64,000 nt of DNA from Epithemia pelagica. Its lineage: Eukaryota; Protista; Bacillariophyta. The stretch's first letter is position 1; each line of letters opens with the position of its first letter. Location of the stretch: contig OX337228.1 of the NCBI GenBank assembly GCA_946965045.2, forward strand, positions 5,208,001-5,272,000, written 5' to 3'. A program made the translations under genes and the position numbers. Shown here piece by piece: positions 56,280-64,000 of this stretch. The notes beneath the pieces are model-generated. The model was not told where the DNA came from and did no database searches. It saw only the letters and a program-made list of their open reading frames with translations.

Positions 56280-57188
56280 TCATTGCGGTGTCTCGTCCAA
56301 TGTATTCTTGTCCACGATTCCAAATGTCGCGCAGGATGGATTGACAACTCCACCAATCACGGCAACTTGATTGGCAACAGTCACCATAGTGCAGTCTTTA
56401 CGGCCATATTCGAATGGTGGGAGATTCCAGACGCGGTTGCGCTTCGTGTCCAAGACTTCCACGGTTTGATGACTTCCTCCCGCCACCACCAGACAGGATC
56501 CCATGTTAACCACTGCACAAGACAGTCGTGGGTCGGAAAGTGCCAGATCGGAATGAGTTGTCCAGCCCGAAAAGGATGAAATGAATGGAGGCAGAGTGTC
56601 ATTTCTCTCCTCATTGACACTAGGCGTTCCAAAGTCCAAATACTCTACTGTCGAGCCTCCAACGACAAAGATACGGTGGCCAACGACCGCACTGGCACAC
56701 CATACTCGTGGAACGTTCATATTTGGCCCCACAATGAGAGTTTCGTTGCTGGTATCAATGATATCCACCGACTTTAGGACTGTCCCACAGTTGTGTCCGC
56801 CCATTACCACGATGTGTGAACTGCAACAGCACAACATCCTGTTCGTTCCGTTGATAAGCGACAATTTAATGTCGTCCAATGGCTCTCGTGTGCGTTGCTT
56901 GTTGCTAAAGACGATTGCAGCAAATCGTTGGCATCAATCCGTTCGATACAAGTGTTTCCATTGTATCCTCCCATCACGTATATGCCTCCGTTGCAGACAA
57001 CAGCGGCACGTCCAGAACGTCTCTTGTTCATGGATGGGCGGCCCTTGTCGCCACTGCTTGTTTCGTTCTGTTAAATTCAATACAAGAACGGATTTGGTGG
57101 CACAATTGTTTTGTTGACATCCGCCCAACACGACGACCGTATGATCATTTGCACCAAGATCATACAAAACCCGAGCAAAAAACTTCAT
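56280..57188 (-). pseudogene. Frameshifted tandem paralogue of the Kelch gene
   Basis: Homology to 54365..55435 is spread over three frames (ORFs 56934..57188, 56804..57031, 56280..56879), i.e. two frameshifts near 57040 and 56815. Confidence 0.85.
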
Positions 57189-58101
57189 AATTCATAACGT
57201 CATTCCAAACTGCTCATACGAGCTCTCCAGTACAAAAGTCTCGTTCAAGTCGTATGATGATGGTTGGGAAGGCTACACTAATATAAATGAACCGTCAAGG
57301 GCCAACCCATACTCACATGTTATGCGGTTGGAGGCGCAGGTGCAGATCATACCATGACTCACCATCAAAATATACATGACTGTGGAGGCCTCCAATATAT
57401 TTAACCGTTTGAGCAACCGTCATTTCTAGTCATTTCTACTTTTTGGTTCATTGTCCATGCGTTTTTGGTACAGCTGGTCATTCTGGAATTTCCAACCCCA
57501 GACCCCAAGACTAACATCCTAATCCCGTTCATACTGAACTCAGTCGAATGGGAGTATGTTACAACAGGAAGCTATTTTCATTCTTCGTCCTCACTTTTGG
57601 ACTACTCCTAAGTAGAATTCTCTTTTCCTTAACAGTCATTCCCATTCATGCAATCAGATGACCTTGGAGAGCTAGAAGTCTCATATACCCGAATAGAGAG
57701 TTATTAGCGGAACTGCCTACCTTTATGCGAGATCACCAGTCGAACAAGAGAAGACGGGACAATATTAAATCAAGAACGTGCGGTAAAGATCATCTTCTGA
57801 AGACTTCTGTAGTTTGGTTTTGTTGGACCTGGTGTATGAACACAATACTCGATACTTTTCGTGAGAGACAAGAAACTCAACGGCAATCACATGTTGGGTA
57901 ATGGAGGAAACTTTTATGGGAGTCAGAAGACAATGCCACGTGAAACTTCATGACATGTAACTGTTATAACCCATTGCTTATTCTGATACTAGAACGCCAG
58001 ATTTATCTTCATATCTTGGTTTCACTCAAAGTAACAGGGCGACTAGGTGGTATTAGAAGCTATAAGATCGCGGAACGGACAGGTACGACCTGAATGGTAT
58101 G

Positions 58102-59103
58102 CTACTCGGTTTCGTCGCCTTCCATCTTCTCAAGACTTGACTCAGTCACATTCCACCGATAGCCCTCGACGGTTTCTCCAGCCAGAAGTCTTCGTGCTGC
58201 ATGGCACTGCACTATAACAATGTTGTCTTCCAAATAGCACGGGTGCATCAGCTGATTTGCGTTATGTCTCCAAACGAGCCATCGGGGGCAATCCAGAAGC
58301 GCAGCCGTGTCATGGACACTCTCGCGATAGGTACAGTTCAAACAGCATGGTGGCTGTGTGAAGCCAAGACGTGCATAGAAGCACATTTCAACAAAAAGCT
58401 GGGTGGTCTCTTTTTCGTTGAACGGCTTGTTGTAGCCCGAGATTTTTATTTCTGACAAATCCAATATTGAACGCTTTCCGTTGCTGTCCGGTACTGGACT
58501 TTTAACCTTGGTCAATGCAAGCGTGGAGCCTGTATCCACTGTCATGTCGTCTGTCTCCGTACTTGCACTTTCTTTCAGAGACACGGAGGGTGCCGTCGTA
58601 TCCGATTTGAGACTTGGCGGAACTGTTGTCGTTGACTCGTCTTCCCAACTTATATGCTTCGAGCTTCCAATTTGCCTCGCACTGTGGCCACTTGAGGTAT
58701 GGAGAATAGAATGCCATTGTTGTGAAGTAGTGCTAGTGGTTTTCGTAGATACATCACTAGCTCCTGCCTGAGAAGCCATCGGTGATGGCAGTGATTTTTC
58801 GGATGAGTTGATTTCTGATCCCGTTATTTGACTGGGAATGGTTTTGGTTGAAAGATTTGTTTTGTCACTGGTGCTACTTCTTTCCTCAAAATGCCGGTCA
58901 AGTTCTTTCTTAATTTTCTGAATGTATAATGGACTGAAGCTCTTCTCATTCAGAGTTCGTCGAAAAATTTCGGCTTGCCGGGATGTGATTATACCTTTGG
59001 ATTGATAGGATTCAATACGGTCCATTATTCCTCGACTTGCTGGATTAGCCGCTTTGCTCTTTCTCAGCAGAGCAGAATGATTCTTTAGCAGATGGCTCTT
59101 CAT
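58102..59103 (-). CDS. Hypothetical protein with an S/T-rich linker and a C-terminal Cys/His-rich domain
   Basis: 333-aa ORF with EMCFYARLGFTQPPCCLNC...CPRWLVWRH...HP...QCHAAR. Confidence 0.75.
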   Translation of the reverse strand: MKSHLLKNHSALLRKSKAANPASRGIMDRIESYQSKGIITSRQAEIFRRTLNEKSFSPLYIQKIKKELDRHFEERSSTSDKTNLSTKTIPSQITGSEINSSEKSLPSPMASQAGASDVSTKTTSTTSQQWHSILHTSSGHSARQIGSSKHISWEDESTTTVPPSLKSDTTAPSVSLKESASTETDDMTVDTGSTLALTKVKSPVPDSNGKRSILDLSEIKISGYNKPFNEKETTQLFVEMCFYARLGFTQPPCCLNCTYRESVHDTAALLDCPRWLVWRHNANQLMHPCYLEDNIVIVQCHAARRLLAGETVEGYRWNVTESSLEKMEGDETE

Positions 59104-59460
59104 TTTGTCGATATGTTGGAGTTTGTTTCATTCACAGGGTTCCTTTCTTGATGGTCTTGTTGGCCGTAGCGACGCAAACTGAAAAGAGCTCTCCACCCTT
59201 GAAAGAAAATTTTGTGTGTGTCTGAGACTCGGCGCGCGTAAAGGCGCGCGTGCATAGCACATGCCACGAGCACGAGCACTACCACAGACACGGGTGACAG
59301 ACGGACCCAGAAAACCGATTGTACAATAGATTCCAAGTCATGGACTGCAAGATTCCAAAATCTACGGCCTTCTGGAATCCATCAAATCAATTCATGTCCG
59401 TCAGCGTCACATGAAGAGAGTCAAAAGAACGAAGTCGAACGCAAATCCTTGAAGCAACTC

Positions 59461-61603
59461 ATGATGCTTTGTTTTCGACTATGTGGTGCAGCATGTCTGC
59501 TCGCAATGGTGGGACGATCCTCTGGTCTGGTGACGCCTCTCGCTCAACGCTTGATGAAAGTCACGATGCCGTTCAGAACATCAACTCATGGTGCGCTCTT
59601 TGAATCATCGACGCCTGTGGAAACAGATGGACCAAGCCTGATTCTGGAAGAAGAAGACGACGTTGAGGTCACTCGTGTTGAGGCCAGAGAAGAGCACGCT
59701 TTTCCGTTGGAGTTCCAGCAGGATATCGACGAGCAACAGTTGGCTTTGGACGAAAACCATATGAAAGAGGCTATTGAAGTGGCTCTGTCCGGGTAGGTCG
59801 ATTTCAAATCGTTCTTTTATCGCGGCTTGTTTTCCTCACCTCCTCTTATTTGTCGCCGGGTACAGCGGTGGTGAACGCAGCCATGAATCTGCTTATCCAA
59901 ACCCAACGGTGGGAGCAGTACTAGTGGCAGCTGACGGAACAATCATGGGGAAAGGTCGATCCGACTTCAAGACTGAGGCAGTCCATGCTTGTCTTGAAAA
60001 CTCTGGTCTAGAGATTACTCCATTATCCGAGTGGTGCGTCACATGGCCTACGAATGCGTACCTTCGAGAACGGTTAGCCACCAGCACGCTTTACGTGACG
60101 ATGGAACCTTACGAGCAACGTCGCGGAACGGCATACCCTCCTTTAACCCAGTTGATCACGCAAGCTGGAATCCCACGAACCGTCATCGGATGCCCAAGTC
60201 CAATCCGAGAGCGTTCTGGTAAGGGTGCTGCCGCATTGCATCAATTTGGCATGACCGTCAGTATGGGACAGGTGTGCAGAGAAGAATGTGAAGAAGTGAT
60301 TGAAGGTTACTCGGAGCTCGTAAACCGTAAACTTCAACAAATGGCAAGGTCTCATTTCTCGAAAACAGGGCGCCCACTTGGTTTCTTGCATTGCAGTGTT
60401 GTGGACAGCGATAATATCGAAGCTTTCGCAAGAAATGGCAATGCCTTTGGTACTGATTTTGGTGGCAAAACTTTGAATTTCAGAGATTTTGGAAGCTACG
60501 AGATTGCACCTCCTCCTGAAGTCATATGGGCAGTCGATGGTGAAGAGGGAGATGATCTTAATTTACTTGATATCAATTTCCAAGATGAAGAATTCCAAGA
60601 AGATCTCCAAGGGAATCCGATGATGCCGTGGTACGAACAAGTTGACGCAGTCTGTGCAACTTTTCCGAAAGCGGGGAACGGACCAGCAGATGATGATTCC
60701 GTAACGGGTAGGCTGAATGGCCTCAAGTGGCTAGCATCTCATGGAGAAAGTCTTCCGGCTGGAGTGGAACGTATCCTTGTCATGGATGCTACTGATTTAT
60801 ATGATTTACCCTTGACAAACCATGACCCCAACTTGCCTGCCGGTATCGACGTAGAGCATTTTTGGACATCATCCTTCCGCAAGCCAACGCGTCTCTTGCT
60901 CCGTCTAGGAGCCCATGCACAGGCTCGGACTGCGGCTGAATCTGCGGCTGCTGCTGCCCATGCTGCTGCAAACGCCGCACAGAGAGCTGCAGCTGCAGTC
61001 GAAATGGGGGATGCAGCCGATGCGGCTGAAGTTGCCCTAAAATGTCAGAAACAGGCTGAGGAATCAAGAGACGTTATATTGAAACAGTTAGAGCTTACGC
61101 AATCTATCAAGACGAAACTGGAAGAAATGGGTGTTGTTATAGAGACTTTACAGGGAAAGGAACCAATCGACGTTATGAACCACCTCGGCCAACGGAACGG
61201 ATATCATTCAGTAGTGTGGCGTGCAGGATGTTGGGGTGATCGTGGCGTTCAAGCAATCCTTGCTGGGGCCTTTCAGTGGGTATCTGCTCACTTGGCAGTC
61301 GACGCAGTTGGAGGGCGATTTTGGCAGTTGATGTTGGCCGAGAATGCAGTTCAGGCGGCGTGCGGGCCAGAACGCAAAGTGAAAGTGTTTGCTGAACAAG
61401 AAGATCTCAGTCTTGAATATTGCGACGCACCAGGGGTGGACCAAGACTGTGCTGTTCAGATTGACGGGAGGCCAGTGCGACACATCCGCCTTGACTGTCG
61501 AGTTGCTTTGTATGATGAAAATCGACCTCGTGAATTTGTTTTGGCCAAGACGGAAAAACTCAATCAAAAGCATTTGGAAGAGCAAGCCCCGTGGTTCTTG
61601 TAA
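59461..61603 (+). CDS. RibD/PyrR-like riboflavin-biosynthesis protein (degenerate deaminase domain plus reductase-like C-terminus) with a signal peptide
   Basis: PNPTVGAVLV, TLYVTMEP, AGIPRTVIGCPSP and GYHSVVWRAG...AVGG. Intron 59793-59865. Hydrophobic N-terminus ...LLAMVGRSSG|LV. Confidence 0.8.
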
Positions 61604-61907
61604 TAATAGTACTTGTCGAATTGTCATCTATTGTCGTTTTCTTCTTTTGAACATAGTGAGCGTTTGTGAAGAAATGGTCCCCTGCGACAATCCTATTTTC
61701 CCCTTGGAAAGCACCGGACACAAACATTGCACAGAAGCAATGACAGCTTGGGTATGGGAAAATCATAAGATAAAAAAGTTACTCGTACTTCTAAAATATT
61801 CGAGTGGATAATGGAATGTTTCTATCGGGCATCGCATAGCCCATCTACACTTACAAATCAAAAGCTCCCGTTTCAGTGCGAGAATGTTATGACAAAGAAT
61901 ATATCAT

Positions 61908-62526
61908 TCATTTTCCTTGTGCTGTAAGCCATTCAACCACTTGATCAATATTTGTGATATGAAGCGCAGAAATCGGCAAAACCATCCATGGGGTTTCAAC
62001 GACATAATTGAGAGCCAATTCTTCAATCAAGGCCTGTTCTCCAACGTGGTCCGGTAGATCAATTTTGTTTGCTAGAACGAGCATTGGCGTCGCTCCAATA
62101 GACCCATCATCCAATAATTTATGCAGTTCTTTCTTTGCCATCGGCAATTTTTGTGGTGCAGCTGCGTCGACCACATACAATACTACATCGCATCCTTTTG
62201 TGTACCGGGCCCATTCACTTCGATATTGTTCTTGACCCCCAATATCCCAACATTTCATATTCACTTGGCCTTTCTTAAATACTTTCACATTGAGACCAAT
62301 GGTAGGAACGGTCTCAACTGCATGGCCGTGTGCCAGTACGGAGAGAAGAGTTGTCTTTCCACTGTTCAACCATCATTTTTTGCAATAAATGAGTGGCAAG
62401 AGGAGAAGCAAATCGTCAGCGCGACTCCCACATCACGAACACATACCTGTTTTCCAAGCCGATGACAACAATGTCAAGCTTCTTTGTATAAAATATTTCC
62501 AGGAGACGGGTTAACAATGCGCCCAT
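61908..62526 (-). CDS. Arf-family small GTPase, ARL8-like
   Basis: Exon 1 MGALLTRLLEIFYTKKLDIVVIGLENS, intron 62362-62446, then GKTT, PTIG, WDIGGQ, NKID, SAL. Confidence 0.9.
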
Positions 62527-63098
62527 TGTGTGGTTGTTGTGGCTACGTGTTCGGAACAACAACAATGCTCGCTAAATGGAGCACTCAAACAACAAGCGTT
62601 TCAAGGACACTAACGAGCGGGAAATGGAAGACGGTTGTCAGAGTATGGTGATGAATGCTAATCCAACAACGGAAAGAGAATACATTCAGGCAATGACACG
62701 AGGTGAAGCCCTTTGAACTCCGTTTGTTCGGAAAATTGCCGACAAGGGATCTGTATCGTGTTGCTAACGAGCCGCCATGTATTGTAGATTTGTGGGAAGA
62801 AGATGAGTCGTCTGTCGCTCATGCGGCACGCCTCGTCCAATGAACATTCACTTTGATAGTAAGTATGTAGGACGATTGCGCCTGCCCATCCACGCGCATG
62901 GTCGCATCGAAACAAGACCAACCCAGCTGCGAGATCCAGGTGACACCCATACGCGACTGCTCCCAGGTGCTGTTTTGGTGGCTTGTCCCTCTCATGATGA
63001 AGCGCTTTTGTTGTGTCAACAAACCGAAGAAGCGAGAAAGCAACCATCTGAAAAGAGAGGGTTCCATTATACAGGCTACCTGAAAGGAATTTTAAAAT

Positions 63099-63443
63099 AT
63101 GGCAGAAGATATTACTGGCTCAGGTTCCAGCAGAGAAGTTGCGAGTGCCAATCTTCAAGAGCTTCAGGAAACTGTTAGTCGGCTTTCGTCCCATGCGGGT
63201 GTTGAGTCCGTTTTGATTCTGAACAGGTCAGGAGATATAATTGCCGAATCTTCGAAGCGTCAGAATGAGTCAAGTCCAGAAACTGCGGCATCTGTGAGCA
63301 AGCTGCTTAAATTGGCCACGAGCTACATACAATCCCTTTCTCCTGAGGATGAAGTGTCCTTTCTCCAAGTTCGTTCAAACCAACGTCGAGAACTCTACAT
63401 ATCTCCCTACGAAGGATACGTGTTGGCTTTGTCCAAGCGTTAG
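63099..63443 (+). CDS. Roadblock/LC7-domain protein
   Basis: LQETVSRLSSHAGVESVLILNRSGDII...EDEVSFLQVRS...ELYISPYEGYVL follows the Roadblock/LC7 pattern. Confidence 0.85.
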   Translation: MAEDITGSGSSREVASANLQELQETVSRLSSHAGVESVLILNRSGDIIAESSKRQNESSPETAASVSKLLKLATSYIQSLSPEDEVSFLQVRSNQRRELYISPYEGYVLALSKR

Positions 63444-63517
63444 CGAACCTTCAGTTTTTTGTTTGGTCAGGGTTTCCAGAAAATGTTTGTATTGATAGTG
63501 ACTATCAGCAATACCCC

Positions 63518-64000
63518 TTAGTCGATAGATATAATCTCTTTTACTTTGAGCTGGGTTTTGGCTCGAGAGAGAGGATTGTCCCCAAATAGGATGTCGTCGT
63601 CGTCGTCTTCATCACTACTGTCCAAAGCTATCGCAGTTATAGAGTGTTTTCCTGTCAAGTCTGTCTTCTTTGATGAATTCCATGTCGTATGTTTTCGTCG
63701 CTTCAAGGCGCGCTCCTCTGTAGGAGTCTCAGTGGCATTCCCCATTATTTGAGCCACAGATTCATGAACAACGACATCTGCTGCAGCTGCGGTAGGTGCT
63801 TCTTTTCCTTCACTGTCCGATTTCTCCGCCGCTTGTATAGAAGCGCGCGTTTCCTGGTCGCGAAGAGACCTTTCAACCAGTTCACGATATTTCGATGCAC
63901 TATTCGTGTTATCTTCGCCAGAGTCATAATCATCCTGAGGTAAACCGTAGGCAACGAAAAGTTCCGCCGCACTCCGCGCCCCAAGGGTCCTCTTCCCAGT
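63518..64000 (-). CDS. 3' part of an unknown protein (enters from beyond the window)
   Basis: The minus frame is open from 64000 (TGKRTLGARSAAELFVAYGLPQDDYDSGE...) into ORF 63518..63757. Confidence 0.65.
   Translation of the reverse strand, partial: TGKRTLGARSAAELFVAYGLPQDDYDSGEDNTNSASKYRELVERSLRDQETRASIQAAEKSDSEGKEAPTAAAADVVVHESVAQIMGNATETPTEERALKRRKHTTWNSSKKTDLTGKHSITAIALDSSDEDDDDDILFGDNPLSRAKTQLKVKEIISID

Noticed and set aside
62658-63178. Overlapping short ORFs between the ARL8-like and Roadblock genes
   Set aside because: Mutually overlapping, no motifs, and located in a divergent promoter/UTR region.
4044-63443. Vps39-like, ARL8-like and Roadblock genes in one window as a lysosomal-trafficking cluster
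   Set aside because: Vps39-like is over 50 kb from the other two, with unrelated genes between; no evidence of functional clustering.
1-64000. CRISPR arrays, rRNA or tRNA genes
   Set aside because: No repeat-spacer array or recognisable structural RNA seen by eye; a tRNAscan/Infernal run would be needed to exclude small RNAs.

Overview
Gene-dense eukaryotic window, almost certainly from a diatom (short spliceosomal introns of about 60-155 nt, a DUF6824-type gene, bipartite-style signal peptides). About 24 host genes or gene fragments are visible: PTPA (partial), OTC, a Vps39-like protein, a claudin-like protein, a CAMK-type kinase, Alba, CK2-alpha, an ankyrin-like protein, AATF/Bfr2, a Sel1-repeat protein, RFC3, a Nudix-HAD fusion, asparaginase, RibD/PyrR, an ARL8-like GTPase, Roadblock/LC7 and several unknowns. 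Two mobile regions interrupt them. (1) About 8.25-15.9 kb: a GC-rich, two-ORF, CRE-type non-LTR retrotransposon whose ORF1 stop overlaps an ORF2 ATG as AUGA. (2) 42.1-53.6 kb: nested DNA transposons. A TA-flanked, internally deleted outer element contains a 6.1-kb inner element (45809-51946). The inner element has CAC...GTG ends, a TCT duplication and an intact 1139-aa Transib/Chapaev (RAG1-core-like) DDE transposase. Its bipartite terminal repeats differ in spacer by exactly 11 nt, about one helical turn, as in 12/23 RSS. A Kelch gene and a Kelch pseudogene lie just outside the outer element. Other highlights are a Vps39-like protein ending in a gamma-COP appendage domain, a GC-AG intron in RFC3, and a recurrent intergenic TACTCCTA/TAGGAGTA motif. 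All assignments come from manual translation and motif recognition; no database searches were run.
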